Positions 29,720-40,243 of a DNA stretch of 64,000 nt are shown piece after piece. The first letter of the stretch is position 1. Each line of letters starts with the position of its first letter. This stretch comes from Clostridiales bacterium DTU073 (lineage in GTDB: Bacteria > Bacillota > Peptococcia > DRI-13 > DTU073). A program made the position numbers and the translations under genes. Below the pieces are notes generated by a model. The model saw only the letters and a list, made by a program, of their open reading frames with translations. It was not told the origin of the DNA and ran no database searches. Location of the stretch: the NCBI GenBank assembly GCA_001512665.1, contig LFSF01000025.1:3926-67925 (forward strand), given 5' to 3'.

Positions 29720-30571
29720 ATGCAAGCATTTCCGGAATTGATCAGTTTTAAACTTGGTGTTTATGTAGAAAAATTTGTTGAGTGGTTATTAGCAAATTTT
29801 ATGGGCTTTTTTGATGCCCTCAATAGAGTAATTCGCTGGTTTTTACTGAATACTGAGGCTTTTTTGCAATGGCTGCCTTGGTGGGTTTTAGTGTTAGTGG
29901 TTTTTTTACTTGGCTGGCGTTATAAGAAGTTATCAGCCGGAATTTTATATGCTTTTTTCCTATCATTAATTGGTGTATTTGGACTATGGGAATTAACTAT
30001 GACCACATTAGCTATTGTTCTGACGTCGGTGATTATCTCTTTACTTGTGGGCATTCCTGTAGGAATTTTGATGTCTTATCAAGCTAAAGTGGAGGTTGTG
30101 ATCAAACCGATCCTTGATGGCATGCAGACTATGCCCAGTTTTGTTTATTTAATTCCGGCAATGATGTTTTTTGGTTTAGGGATGGTGCCTGCTGTTTTTG
30201 CGACAGTTATTTATTCACTGCCTCCGGTAATCAGGTTAACCAATTTAGGGATTCAGAATGTTTCTAAAGAAATGGTAGAAGCAGCCTACTCCTTTGGTTC
30301 TTCAACCTGGCAAACTTTGCTTAAAGTACAACTTCCGCAGGCTTTACCTACAATTATGACCGGAATTAATCAGACTACGATGATGGCTCTTTCCATGGTG
30401 GTTATTTCTTCCATGATTGGAGTGCAAGGTTTAGGTTATGAAGTTTTATCAGGGATAAGTCGGATTGAAATTGCCCGAGCCTTTGATGCCGGTTTAAGTA
30501 TTGTCATTCTGGCGATAATTATAGATAGGATTTCCCAAGGCATTGCCGATAAATATAGAATCTCGGAATAA
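29720..30571 (+). CDS. Glycine betaine/proline ABC transporter permease (OpuAB/ProW-like)
   Basis: The EAA-loop region reads EAAYSFGSSTWQTLLKVQLPQALP. The N-terminus FPELISFKLGVYVEKFVEWL is typical. The start is uncertain: GTG 29678, TTG 29687 and ATG 29720 are all in frame, and the first two lie in or next to a 10-bp-stem hairpin. Confidence 0.82.
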   Translation: MQAFPELISFKLGVYVEKFVEWLLANFMGFFDALNRVIRWFLLNTEAFLQWLPWWVLVLVVFLLGWRYKKLSAGILYAFFLSLIGVFGLWELTMTTLAIVLTSVIISLLVGIPVGILMSYQAKVEVVIKPILDGMQTMPSFVYLIPAMMFFGLGMVPAVFATVIYSLPPVIRLTNLGIQNVSKEMVEAAYSFGSSTWQTLLKVQLPQALPTIMTGINQTTMMALSMVVISSMIGVQGLGYEVLSGISRIEIARAFDAGLSIVILAIIIDRISQGIADKYRISE

Positions 30572-30614
30572 ATATATTAAATAAATTAAATTTAATTGAA
30601 ACGGGTGTAGAAAA

Positions 30615-31811
30615 ATGACAGCAAAAATAAAAGTGGAGAATTTGACCAAGGTTTTTAACGGTAATTATAAAACTGTATTAAAGAGATTACAAAAAGGTGA
30701 GTCCAAAGAGCAAATCTTAAAAGAAACGGGGATTACAGTCGGACTGAATAATGTTTCTTTTGAGGTTCAAGAGGGAGAAATCTTTGTTATTATGGGGTTA
30801 TCCGGGAGCGGCAAATCCACTTTGTTGCGCTGTTTGAATTTACTTAATGTTCCTTCAGCAGGCTCTATTTTTGTAGATGGGTCTAATATTGTGAAGTATA
30901 CGAAAAAAGAGTTGAAGGAATTTAGACAAACGAAAGTAGGGATGGTTTTTCAGCATTTTGGCCTTTTTACCCATCGTACAGTATTGAAAAATGTAGAATA
31001 TGGCTTGGAAATCCGCGGTGTTCCCAAAGAAGAGCGGACCGAAATTGCCAAAAAAACTTTAGCAGCAGTAGGTTTAGAAGGGTGGGAAGAACACTTCCCC
31101 AGTCAATTAAGCGGCGGAATGTGCCAACGTGTGGGCTTAGCCAGGGCTCTGGCCAACGACCCGGATATCTTACTGATGGATGAACCTTTTAGTGCTTTGG
31201 ACCCTTTGATTAGAAGAGAGATGCAGTTAGAGCTTTTAGATATCCATGCTCGGCTGAAAAAAACGATTGTTTTTATTACTCATGATGTTAATGAGGCTTT
31301 TAAACTAGGAGACCGGGTTGCGGTTATGAAGGATGGAGTAATAGAGCAAATCGGAACTCCGGAGGAAATTCTCGCCAATCCGGCTAATGATTATATTGCT
31401 GAATTCGTTCAAGACGTGGATAAAACGAAGGTTTTACAGGCGAAAAATATTATGTTTAAACCGGGAGCCCTGGTGTCGATTAAGGACGGTCCGAAAGTGG
31501 CTATAAGAGAGATGCGAGACGCCGGTATATCCAGTGTTTTTGTAGTTGATAATGAAAGAAGATTACAGGGCTTGGTCACCATTGATGATGCCCTTAAAGC
31601 CTTGCAAGAGCGCCGGGAATTACAGGATATCTTAATCAAGGATTATTATACCACCGGACCTGAAACTTCTATTGAAGAATTATTACCGTTGGCTTCGACA
31701 ACAAAATATCCTTTAGCGGTTGTTGATGACAATAATAAGCTCTTAGGCATAATTGTCAGAGTTTCCGTTCTCTCTGCTCTTATTAACGGACAAACGGAAA
31801 AGGAAGAGTAA
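30615..31811 (+). CDS. Glycine betaine/proline ABC transporter ATPase with C-terminal tandem CBS domains (OpuAA/ProV-like)
   Basis: Walker A GLSGSGKST, signature LSGGMCQRVGLA, Walker B LLMDEPFSALD, then two CBS-like repeats. Confidence 0.9.
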   Translation: MTAKIKVENLTKVFNGNYKTVLKRLQKGESKEQILKETGITVGLNNVSFEVQEGEIFVIMGLSGSGKSTLLRCLNLLNVPSAGSIFVDGSNIVKYTKKELKEFRQTKVGMVFQHFGLFTHRTVLKNVEYGLEIRGVPKEERTEIAKKTLAAVGLEGWEEHFPSQLSGGMCQRVGLARALANDPDILLMDEPFSALDPLIRREMQLELLDIHARLKKTIVFITHDVNEAFKLGDRVAVMKDGVIEQIGTPEEILANPANDYIAEFVQDVDKTKVLQAKNIMFKPGALVSIKDGPKVAIREMRDAGISSVFVVDNERRLQGLVTIDDALKALQERRELQDILIKDYYTTGPETSIEELLPLASTTKYPLAVVDDNNKLLGIIVRVSVLSALINGQTEKEE

Positions 31812-31828
31812 TTTTATAAACTTGAAGA

Positions 31829-32833
31829 TTAAGGATTTTTAATCAATTCATAGAGTGGCAAAGGCGAATTGAGCTCTTGTGCATCCAGTAGTATTTGTTG
31901 AAATTGTTGTAACTCTTTTTCCGTGAGTAATGGGTTTTCCGACCAGCATCCCATATTTTTGTAGCGGCAAATTCCCCTCAGCAGTATTTTTTCTTTTTGT
32001 TCGGGGAAAAAGCTTTGGGCTACTGTGGCTATTTCCTCCGGCGATTTTTCTTCAATCCAGGTCAAACCTAGTTGCAGAGCTGTAACAAAGTTTTGATAAA
32101 GTTCGCTTTTTTCTTTAAAATTGCTTTTTGTGGCCATAAATACTGTGGGGATGTTTATCTGGAGATGCTCATCCAGAGAAGTTACGACCTGTCCTAAGTT
32201 CTCATTTTCAAGAATTGTGGCAGTTGGTTCATCACTAAGTATAAACTGTCCTGTTCCGCTACGGAAGATACCTGCCCGTAGTGTAGGAGGTAGATTATTA
32301 ACCATATGCACATCGAGAAAAGGACGCAGTTGTTCTTTCCTCAGGATATTTTCCAAGGCTATTTGCGAAGCTTCACCACTGTGTGTACCAATAACAACTT
32401 TCCCTTTTACTTCGTTCCAGGTGAAAGGGTTTTCACTTTTTCTGGAGAGTAAAAAGTGACCGTTTTTGCAGGCACTTTGCGCGATAAAAACTAATTTTTC
32501 CGGTTCACCACGTTGATAACTATAAAAGCTAATTTCCGGTCCACTGAGTACCAGGTCATATTGACCGGAGAGGAGTCCTTCAACAGCTTCTTGGCTGTTG
32601 TTTATTTTTTGCAGCTCAACAGTGATGTTTTTCTGGGTGAAAAAGTCTTGTTTTATAGCTGCATAAAGGGGTAGGTGTAAAAGGGAATCTTCCTGATAGG
32701 CAATGGTTAAGATTGCAGGTGAAACTTTATCCTCTTGGTCATTCTCTGAACGGGTAAAAGGACTGCACCCTTGTAAGAGAAGAGTCAGACATAGAAAAAT
32801 AATCATTGAACAGCATGAGGCCGATTTACGCAA
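31829..32833 (-). CDS. Lipoprotein, NMT1/THI5-SsuA-like ABC substrate-binding protein (substrate unknown)
   Basis: Lipobox LLLQGCS. A periplasmic-binding fold is suggested by the sequence pattern. No cognate permease or ATPase is adjacent. Confidence 0.5.
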   Translation of the reverse strand: MRKSASCCSMIIFLCLTLLLQGCSPFTRSENDQEDKVSPAILTIAYQEDSLLHLPLYAAIKQDFFTQKNITVELQKINNSQEAVEGLLSGQYDLVLSGPEISFYSYQRGEPEKLVFIAQSACKNGHFLLSRKSENPFTWNEVKGKVVIGTHSGEASQIALENILRKEQLRPFLDVHMVNNLPPTLRAGIFRSGTGQFILSDEPTATILENENLGQVVTSLDEHLQINIPTVFMATKSNFKEKSELYQNFVTALQLGLTWIEEKSPEEIATVAQSFFPEQKEKILLRGICRYKNMGCWSENPLLTEKELQQFQQILLDAQELNSPLPLYELIKNP

Positions 32834-33043
32834 AGGAGGTCACCTCCGGTTTTAGTTATAGTTGGGGTGGTTTTATTCTTTATATAGTCTATATAGTCTG
32901 AAGTATTAAAACTATGACAAAAAAATTCTGCAGTACCCAGTGCTTATCTCTTGTTTGTTGTTTTGTTGATTGAGCATGAAATCTTAGCTCTGGCATAAAA
33001 TACATAAAGGTATAGTTTGAGGATAAAAGTAAAGGTGAGAAAA

Positions 33044-33490
33044 ATGAGTGGTAAGGATAAATTGGAGTTGAAAACGATTTGGTTAGGTTTAACGGTAGCA
33101 CTGGGCTTTTGGTTTTTGAGTGGGATCATCGCCTTACTCTGGGTTATTTTTAGTGATGCCGGAGTTTTTCATTTGGGGATGTTTGTTTATCTCTTGGGCA
33201 TTGTCGGTGTACTTCTTGGCGGAGCCGTTGCCGGGATAAAGGCTAAGTATAAGGGTTGGTTGCATGGTTTATGGGTAGGTTTGTTGTTAGGCATTTTGGG
33301 GATTATTGTGAATTTGGAACTGGTTCCAGAATTATACACTTGGGGGTTAATCGGCAGACAAATTCTGGTTTGGACACTTTGGGGTTTAATTGGTGGTTAT
33401 CTTGGTGCTCATTTCTTGACAAGGCTCGCACAAATGGGTAAGATAAAAGGCATAAAGAGGAAGCCGGAGAAAGGAAGGAGCAGTCTATAA
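33044..33490 (+). CDS. Small 4-TM membrane protein (possibly TIGR04086/YrzE-like)
   Basis: Gly-rich TM helices (GGAVAGIKA, WGLIGGYLGA). ATG 33044 with AAGGTGAG SD is preferred over the track start at 33017. Confidence 0.55.
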   Translation: MSGKDKLELKTIWLGLTVALGFWFLSGIIALLWVIFSDAGVFHLGMFVYLLGIVGVLLGGAVAGIKAKYKGWLHGLWVGLLLGILGIIVNLELVPELYTWGLIGRQILVWTLWGLIGGYLGAHFLTRLAQMGKIKGIKRKPEKGRSSL

Positions 33491-33496
33491 ATCCCT

Positions 33497-33735
33497 TTTA
33501 GAGAGATAAACCCCTGGGCTGCAAGGTTTATCAGGGCTAGTTATAGTACTCAGTCGTCCTGGAGGCGCGGTGTTGAAAAATTAGTAGATGTCGCCGGGTC
33601 TGCCCGTTATCGCAGATAAAGAGTGTTCCCACGCTAGGATGAGTGTGTCCTTGTGTTGAGGGGAATTAAGGTGGTACCGCGGAATAAGTTCCTTCCGTCC
33701 TTTTGTGGATAGGGAGGATTTTATTATTTAACTGG
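33497..33735 (+). promoter_or_regulatory. T-box riboswitch leader of valS
   Basis: Stem I GA/AGAGA motif at about 33500, a CCGTTA box at 33603-33608, and the conserved T-box sequence AATTAAGGTGGTACCGCGG at 33664-33682. This is followed by a terminator helix (TCCTTCCGTCC...GGATAGGGAGGA) and a T run just before valS. I could not assign the specifier codon confidently by eye. Confidence 0.88.
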
Positions 33736-33775
33736 TTTTTTTAATTAAGCAGTAATGTGGCAAGGAGGAAATGTG

Positions 33776-36421
33776 ATGAAGGATGAACAAAATATCTCAA
33801 CCGTCTATGAGCCTCAGAAGGTAGAGAAAAAATGGTATCAGATCTGGGAGAAAGCAGGTTATTTCGAAGCTAAGGTTGATCGGGAAGCAAGTCGTTTTTC
33901 CATTGTGATGCCTCCTCCCAATGTTACGGGCTCACTACATTTAGGACATGCTTTGGATAATACTTTACAGGATATTTTGACTAGGTGGCATCGTATGCAG
34001 GGTGAGGATACACTGTGGTTACCGGGGACAGACCATGCCGGTATTGCCACACAGGCGCGTGTCGAGGAACATCTAGCAAAAGAAGGTCTTTCCAAGGAAG
34101 ATTTAGGGCGCGAGAAATTTTTAGAACGGGTTTGGGCCTGGAAGAAACAATATGGTGGTCATATTACCACACAGTTGAGGAAATTAGGGGCTTCTTGTGA
34201 TTGGTCCCGGGAAAGGTTTACTTTAGATGAAGGCTGTTCGGAGGCGGTCAAGGAAGTTTTTGTTCGCCTCTACGAAAAAGGGTTAATTTATCAGGGAAAT
34301 TATATTATCAATTGGTGTCCCAAATGTCAGACCACCATTTCTGATATTGAGGTGGAGCATGAACCACACGCAGGTAAGATCTGGCATATCAGGTATCCGG
34401 TAATGGATAGTGATGAAGAGCTTATTGTGGTCACCACGCGTCCGGAAACAATGTTGGGAGATACGGCGGTAGCCGTTCATCCGGAGGATGAACGCTATCG
34501 TAAGCTGATCGGGAAAAAATTACGCTTGCCGCTTACCGACAGGGTTATTCCGATTATTGCTGATGATTATGTGGATAAGGAATTCGGTACCGGAGCGGTT
34601 AAGGTTACTCCGGCACATGACCCCAATGATTTTGCCATGGGTTTAAGGCATAACTTAGAGCAAATCACTGTTTTAGACCGTCAAGCAGTGATGAACGAGC
34701 ATGCCGGAAAATATGCGGGCTTAGATCGCTATGAAGCTCGTCGGCAGATTGTTGCTGATTTAGAGCAATTAGGATTTTTGGTGAAGGTGGAAGAGCACGA
34801 AAATGCGGTAGGACAATGTTATCGTTGTGATACGGTCATAGAACCGATGGTGTCTAAACAGTGGTTTGTAAAGATGAAACCTTTAGCGGAACCGGCTATT
34901 CAAGCAGTAAAGGACGGGAGAATTCGTTTTGTGCCGGAACGCTTTACTAAGATTTATTTGGGTTGGATGGAAAATATTCGCGATTGGTGTATCAGTCGGC
35001 AGTTGTGGTGGGGACACCGTATTCCTGTCTGGTATTGCCAGGATTGTGATAAAGTAATCTGCGCAAAGGAAGAACCGCAAGTTTGCTCTAAATGTGGCTC
35101 AGCTAAGCTGGTTCAGGACCCCGATGTCTTAGATACTTGGTTTAGTTCTGCTTTGTGGCCGTTTTCCACCATGGGTTGGCCCGAAGAGACCGAAACCTTG
35201 AAATATTTTTATCCGACTTCTGTTTTAGTAACCGGACGGGATATTATCTTTTTCTGGGTAGCAAGGATGATTTTCTCCGGTCTGGAATTTATGTCTGATG
35301 TTCCCTTCCGGGATGTCTTTATTCATGGTCTCGTCTTAGACGCTCAAGGGCGGAAAATGAGTAAATCCTTAGGGAATGGCATTGACCCTATTGAGGTTAT
35401 TGAACAGTATGGTGCTGATACCTTAAGGTTTATGCTGATTACCGGTAACACTCCTGGTAATGACTTGCGTTTTCAGACGGAAAGATTGGAGGCAGTACGT
35501 AATTTTGCCAATAAAATCTGGAATGCTTCCCGATTTGCGCTGATGAATCTTACTGATTATCAAGAGGATAATAGTTCAGAGTATACTTTGGCCGATCGTT
35601 GGATTAGGAGTCGTTTTAACCGTACAGCAAGTGAAGTAACAAGGAATTTAGCACGGTATGAGTTGGGTGAAGCAGCCAGACTTATTTATGAATTTATTTG
35701 GAATGAATTTTGCGATTGGTATATAGAAATGGTCAAACCTCGTCTTTATGGTAAAGAGTCAGAAGCCGGCAGAAAAACTGCGCAAAAGGTGTTGGCGCAA
35801 ACTTTGCGGGAGACCATGCAATTGCTGCATCCTTTCATGCCTTTCCTGACCGAAGAGATCTGGCAGCATCTACCGCATCAAGGGGAAACGGTAATGCTAG
35901 CACCTTGGCCTAAAGGTACAGAAGCAGAAATGGATGAGCAGGCTGAGCAAGAAATGACCATTCTGATGGATGTGATTAAGGCTATCCGCAATTTGCGCAG
36001 TGAAATGAATGTACCTTTAGGCAAAAAAGCACATGTGGTCTTAATCGCCCAGAATGAGCAGGTGTTAGCAGCACTGCAGAAAGGAGAGGGTTATCTCCTG
36101 AATTTAGCCGGCTTGGCTCAGGTTGATTTACTGCTTAATAGCCCGGAAAAACCCGAACAGGCTGTTACTGCCGTAGTAAGCGGGGTTGAGGTTTATCTTC
36201 TTTTGCAAGGTTTGGTGGATCTGGACAAAGAAAAGGCGCGTTTGGAAAAGGAAAAAGGGCTCATGGAACAGGAAATTGCCCGCTTAGAAAAGAAGCTTTC
36301 CAACAAAGGCTTTTTGACTAAAGCTCCTCCAGAGATTGTCGCCAAGGAAAAAGAAAAACTAAAAGATTACCAAATTAAGAAAGAAGCGATTTTAGAAAGG
36401 ATAGCTTCCTTAGAGTGTTGA
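33776..36421 (+). CDS. valS: Valine--tRNA ligase
   Basis: HIGH motif (PPNVTGSLHLGH), KMSKS (RKMSKSLGN) and a C-terminal coiled coil. ATG 33776 with AAGGAGG SD is preferred over the track start at 33755. Confidence 0.96.
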   Translation: MKDEQNISTVYEPQKVEKKWYQIWEKAGYFEAKVDREASRFSIVMPPPNVTGSLHLGHALDNTLQDILTRWHRMQGEDTLWLPGTDHAGIATQARVEEHLAKEGLSKEDLGREKFLERVWAWKKQYGGHITTQLRKLGASCDWSRERFTLDEGCSEAVKEVFVRLYEKGLIYQGNYIINWCPKCQTTISDIEVEHEPHAGKIWHIRYPVMDSDEELIVVTTRPETMLGDTAVAVHPEDERYRKLIGKKLRLPLTDRVIPIIADDYVDKEFGTGAVKVTPAHDPNDFAMGLRHNLEQITVLDRQAVMNEHAGKYAGLDRYEARRQIVADLEQLGFLVKVEEHENAVGQCYRCDTVIEPMVSKQWFVKMKPLAEPAIQAVKDGRIRFVPERFTKIYLGWMENIRDWCISRQLWWGHRIPVWYCQDCDKVICAKEEPQVCSKCGSAKLVQDPDVLDTWFSSALWPFSTMGWPEETETLKYFYPTSVLVTGRDIIFFWVARMIFSGLEFMSDVPFRDVFIHGLVLDAQGRKMSKSLGNGIDPIEVIEQYGADTLRFMLITGNTPGNDLRFQTERLEAVRNFANKIWNASRFALMNLTDYQEDNSSEYTLADRWIRSRFNRTASEVTRNLARYELGEAARLIYEFIWNEFCDWYIEMVKPRLYGKESEAGRKTAQKVLAQTLRETMQLLHPFMPFLTEEIWQHLPHQGETVMLAPWPKGTEAEMDEQAEQEMTILMDVIKAIRNLRSEMNVPLGKKAHVVLIAQNEQVLAALQKGEGYLLNLAGLAQVDLLLNSPEKPEQAVTAVVSGVEVYLLLQGLVDLDKEKARLEKEKGLMEQEIARLEKKLSNKGFLTKAPPEIVAKEKEKLKDYQIKKEAILERIASLEC

Positions 36422-36442
36422 AGAAATGAGGTAATTAAAGAA

Positions 36443-37738
36443 ATGGAGCTTAATGAGGTTTTAACCAAGCTTGGTGAATTAACACGTTTCGGAATTAATC
36501 TGGGACTACAGCGAATTGCCGGCTTGTTAAAAATCCTAGGTAATCCTCAAGAGCAGATACCAATAATTCATGTTGGGGGTACTAATGGCAAGGGCTCAAC
36601 TCTGGCTATGTTGTCCTCAATACTCAGGGAAAGTGGTTATAGGGTGGGGACTTTTATTTCGCCCCACCTTGTTTCTTATTGTGAACGTTTTGCTATTAAT
36701 GGGGAGAATATTGCCGAGGAAAGATTGGTGTTGCTTCTGGAAGAAATTATGGGAGCTTTGGCAGAGGTTCGACGCCAAACCGGGGAGACACCTACCGAGT
36801 TTGAGGTCTTGACTGCTTTAGCCTTTTTATACTTCGCTTGCGAAAAGGTGGATCTTGCTGTGATTGAGGTTGGTATGGGCGGTGATATTGACTCTACCAA
36901 TGTGGTTAAAAAACCGCTATTATCTATAATTACTAATGTTTCTTTTGATCATCAGGATTATTTAGGGAAAAGCTTGGTAGAAATAGCTGAGAAGAAAAGC
37001 GGAATCATTAAACCCGGTTGTGCGATCCTCACAGCAAGTAGAAATGAAGAAGTATTACAGGTTATTCGCCGCAAAGCGCAAGCTTTACAAGCACCTTTAC
37101 GGGAAGCACGGCAGGAAGCTATGTGGCGGTGGCAGGAGGAAGCCAACGGAGGTCAGTATTTTGCTGTGCGAACTTTAAGATTTGATTATGGAAGATTATT
37201 TCTGCCTTTGTGGGGTGAACATCAGTTGGAAAATGCGGCTACGGCTATTGTGGCTGCGGAAATCTTACAGGAACAAGGCTGGCAGATTTCCGCACAATCC
37301 ATCAAACAAGGTTTAGCGAAAACCAAATGGCCGGGGCGTTTGGAGATCGTAGGGCAAAATCCGCTCTTTGTTTTAGATGGCGCCCATAATCCGGCCGGTA
37401 TGAACGTATTATCTCAATGGTTAGCCCGAAAAAAGCGGGAAGTGCGGCGGGTACTGCTGGTGATAGGGATGTTGGATGATAAAGACTGGCATACGGCCGT
37501 AGAGCTTTTAGCACCTTTGGCAGATCTGGTGATTATCACTAAGCCCAATTCGCATCGAGCCCGACATTGGGAGGAATTAAGCAAGAATTTTCAAGATTAC
37601 AACTTACCGGTTATGGTTATTGAAAACTTGGCCGAAGCTTTGCAAAAGGCTGAGCAGGAAGCGCAGAAGGATGATTTAATTTTAGTGACAGGCTCCCTTT
37701 ATTTGCTTGGTGAAGTCAAAAAAATCATCGCTAAGTAA
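36443..37738 (+). CDS. folC: Bifunctional folylpolyglutamate synthase / dihydrofolate synthase
   Basis: P-loop HVGGTNGKGST, Mur-ligase fold motifs, and the valS-folC synteny. Confidence 0.92.
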   Translation: MELNEVLTKLGELTRFGINLGLQRIAGLLKILGNPQEQIPIIHVGGTNGKGSTLAMLSSILRESGYRVGTFISPHLVSYCERFAINGENIAEERLVLLLEEIMGALAEVRRQTGETPTEFEVLTALAFLYFACEKVDLAVIEVGMGGDIDSTNVVKKPLLSIITNVSFDHQDYLGKSLVEIAEKKSGIIKPGCAILTASRNEEVLQVIRRKAQALQAPLREARQEAMWRWQEEANGGQYFAVRTLRFDYGRLFLPLWGEHQLENAATAIVAAEILQEQGWQISAQSIKQGLAKTKWPGRLEIVGQNPLFVLDGAHNPAGMNVLSQWLARKKREVRRVLLVIGMLDDKDWHTAVELLAPLADLVIITKPNSHRARHWEELSKNFQDYNLPVMVIENLAEALQKAEQEAQKDDLILVTGSLYLLGEVKKIIAK

Positions 37739-37816
37739 GAAGTTTCAATACTTGTTTTCTGTTCTAAAAACACCTTCATTGCTCATATAATTTAGAGTTA
37801 AAATGGAGGTGTAATC

Positions 37817-38656
37817 ATGACCAGGTTTCGGACTAATTCTTCATCAATCGGGTCTTTTTTCCTGGTTTTTGTCTTAATTCTTTTCTTTACTTTATTTTTG
37901 GGACAGGGACTGGGACGTTTTTATCTGGGTAATATAACACGTGAGCTTTCTGCAGAAAATCTGCAAAGAAAAGTCATTAGTTCACGGGAAAGCAATCTGT
38001 CCAGGGAGTTGTCTCCTAAAATGAAAGTCTTACGCTTAAAGCAGGTAGATTATTATACTATTTTAGTGGCAACACTGAAAGAGCAGGATATAGCCTTACA
38101 GGTTGGCAACGAACTGGGGCAAAAAGGGTTACCGGTAATTGTTACAGGGGAAGGACCGTATCAGATTTTACTTGGTTTTGTCAATAATCAAGAAACATTA
38201 ATAGATTTAGCCAAGAAGATTAAAGTTGGAGCTAAAGAAGCTGAGGTAAAAAAAGATTGTTTGAATAAAGTAGCTTTTAAATTTACAGCTGAAGATACTT
38301 ATGCAGCTGAAAAAATCGCGCCATTTTTAGGAGAGATCAGCCTTTGCCTGGAAAAAGGGTTGTTACTTTATCAAAGTATAGGGGTTAAAGAGGAAAAACT
38401 AGTTCCTCTTAAACCTAAGTTTTTCGAGTTAGCTGATTCCTTAGACAATATAGCTAAAGAAGGATTGGAGATTTGTAAAGGTAATAACGATGAAACAGGG
38501 AGGTTGTTGGGGTTTTTAGCTGAGTTGTGTAGTGAGTGGGCTCAGAGTTTGCGCTTAGTGGGAAAGGAGTGGACGGATTTAGCACTGTTAAAAAGTCAGC
38601 AACAAGGCTTGGTACTTTTGGAAGAATACCATCGTTATATAAAAACGACAAATTAA
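37817..38656 (+). CDS. Membrane-anchored protein with SPOR-like domain, C-terminal half unknown
   Basis: N-terminal TM helix. The segment YYTILVATLKEQDIALQVGNELGQKGLPVIVTGEGPYQILLGFVNNQETL fits the SPOR beta-alpha-beta pattern. Confidence 0.5.
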   Translation: MTRFRTNSSSIGSFFLVFVLILFFTLFLGQGLGRFYLGNITRELSAENLQRKVISSRESNLSRELSPKMKVLRLKQVDYYTILVATLKEQDIALQVGNELGQKGLPVIVTGEGPYQILLGFVNNQETLIDLAKKIKVGAKEAEVKKDCLNKVAFKFTAEDTYAAEKIAPFLGEISLCLEKGLLLYQSIGVKEEKLVPLKPKFFELADSLDNIAKEGLEICKGNNDETGRLLGFLAELCSEWAQSLRLVGKEWTDLALLKSQQQGLVLLEEYHRYIKTTN

Positions 38657-38728
38657 TCATTTTATACTTTTCCCCATAGGGTTAAATGTAATATAATAAA
38701 CTTAATATGAGGTTTAGGAGGAAAAACA

Positions 38729-39112
38729 ATGAAGCTCGCTGAAATAGCAAAATTACTAAATGCCAATTCTTTTACTAGTCTAAACTTGAACGATATAGAA
38801 ACCGAATCAGCTTGCGGCTCTGATTTGCTAAGTGATGTCCTAGCCTTTACTAAAGAAAAAACTCTTCTTTTGACTGGTTTGGTTCATCCTCAGGTTTTGC
38901 GTACGGTAGAAATGGTCGATTTAGTAGGAGTTGTTTTTGTTCGTGGAAAAGAACCTACTCAGGAAATGGTGGATATTGCCGAGGAAAAAAGGATTCCCTT
39001 AATGTCCACGCTCTATCCTATGTACGAAGCTTGCGGTATCTTATACCGAGCAGGTTTGGAAGGGAACAGTCAATTAAAAGTACCACGGAAATTAGACCGA
39101 GGTGCAAATTAA
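38729..39112 (+). CDS. DRTGG-domain protein (paralog 1)
   Basis: 127 aa. Motifs G.DLLSDVLA, LLLTGL, GVVFVRGKEP and RIPL.ST are shared with the next ORF. Confidence 0.6.
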   Translation: MKLAEIAKLLNANSFTSLNLNDIETESACGSDLLSDVLAFTKEKTLLLTGLVHPQVLRTVEMVDLVGVVFVRGKEPTQEMVDIAEEKRIPLMSTLYPMYEACGILYRAGLEGNSQLKVPRKLDRGAN

Positions 39113-39462
39113 TGTTAGAATTAAAGGAAATCGTGGAAAAATTAGCGTTAGAACCAATCATCAAGGAAATAGATTTCACGATGAAGATAAAAGGTTGTTA
39201 TATCGGTGATTTGTTAAGTAATGTTATGGCTCATGCTCGTGAGTCAGAGTTATGGTTAACTGTGCAAACTCATCAAAATGTTGTGGCAGTAGCGCAATTA
39301 CTTAATTTGGGGGGCGTAGTTTTTTTGGAAGGCCATTTACCGGATGAGAATACCATTAAAAAGGCCAAAGAGGAGCGGATTCCTCTTTTTAGTACAGGGA
39401 ATAGCGCTTATGAATTAGCCGGACGCCTTTACAATATGGGTTTAACCAGAGGAAAATCATGA
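39112..39462 (+). CDS. DRTGG-domain protein (paralog 2)
   Basis: 116 aa from ATG 39112 (TAATG overlap with the preceding stop, GAGGTG SD). It has the same motif series as paralog 1 (GDLLSNVMA, GVVFLEGHLP, RIPLFST). The track's longer form from 39031 overlaps paralog 1 and is unlikely. Confidence 0.6.
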   Translation: MLELKEIVEKLALEPIIKEIDFTMKIKGCYIGDLLSNVMAHARESELWLTVQTHQNVVAVAQLLNLGGVVFLEGHLPDENTIKKAKEERIPLFSTGNSAYELAGRLYNMGLTRGKS

Positions 39463-40202
39463 AAGAGTGGGCATTGGATCTGCACATTCATTCCTTGCTT
39501 TCGCCGTGTGCTGATAATGAGATGACTCCGGCTTTAGTCTTAGGGCGTGCTCGCGAATTAGGATATGAAGTGCTGGCGATTACGGATCATAATTCGGTGG
39601 AAAATGCCGCTGCCTTTGTGGACAAGGGTAAAGAACTGGGAATTAAGGTGTTTCCGGGGATGGAGCTTCAGACACGTGAGGATGTGCACTTAGTTTGTCT
39701 TTTTGAACAGTTAGAACAGGCCCGGCAATTGCAGGAGTTAGTTTATCAAAAGCTTCCTCCTTTGAAAAATAAAAAAGAAATTTTTGGTGAACAGTGGATT
39801 GTAGATAAAGCCGGTCAAAAAACCGGGGAAATAGAAAGATTATTACTGGTAGGAACAGATTTTAGTATCGAAGAAGCAGTAGAAACAGTACATAAATTAG
39901 CCGGAATTTGTATAGCTGCCCATATTGATAGGCAGGCTTTTAGTTTATGGGGACATTTAGGTACTTTACCTTCGGGACTTCCTTTGGATGGGGTAGAATT
40001 GACGCCACATCTGCCGCGCAATCCAGAACAACTGCAAGAGGTAAAAAATCACGGCTTTGCCTATCTTGTCTGTTCAGACGCCCATTACCCGGATAGTCTC
40101 AAAACTCCACAGTGTTTTGCCAGATTGGAGGAGGTTTCTTTAGCGGAACTGAAACTGGCTTTAAAGAATCAGGCTGGACGCACCATTCGTACTTTACGTT
40201 AA
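39459..40202 (+). CDS. PHP-domain (polymerase/histidinol-phosphatase-like) metal-dependent phosphoesterase
   Basis: Motifs DLHIHS, ITDHNS, E, H and DAH in PHP order. There is a 4-nt overlap with the upstream gene. Confidence 0.75.
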   Translation: MKEWALDLHIHSLLSPCADNEMTPALVLGRARELGYEVLAITDHNSVENAAAFVDKGKELGIKVFPGMELQTREDVHLVCLFEQLEQARQLQELVYQKLPPLKNKKEIFGEQWIVDKAGQKTGEIERLLLVGTDFSIEEAVETVHKLAGICIAAHIDRQAFSLWGHLGTLPSGLPLDGVELTPHLPRNPEQLQEVKNHGFAYLVCSDAHYPDSLKTPQCFARLEEVSLAELKLALKNQAGRTIRTLR

Positions 40203-40243
40203 AACTTCAAGTCAGAAATATATGTAGAAAAAGAAGGGAAAAT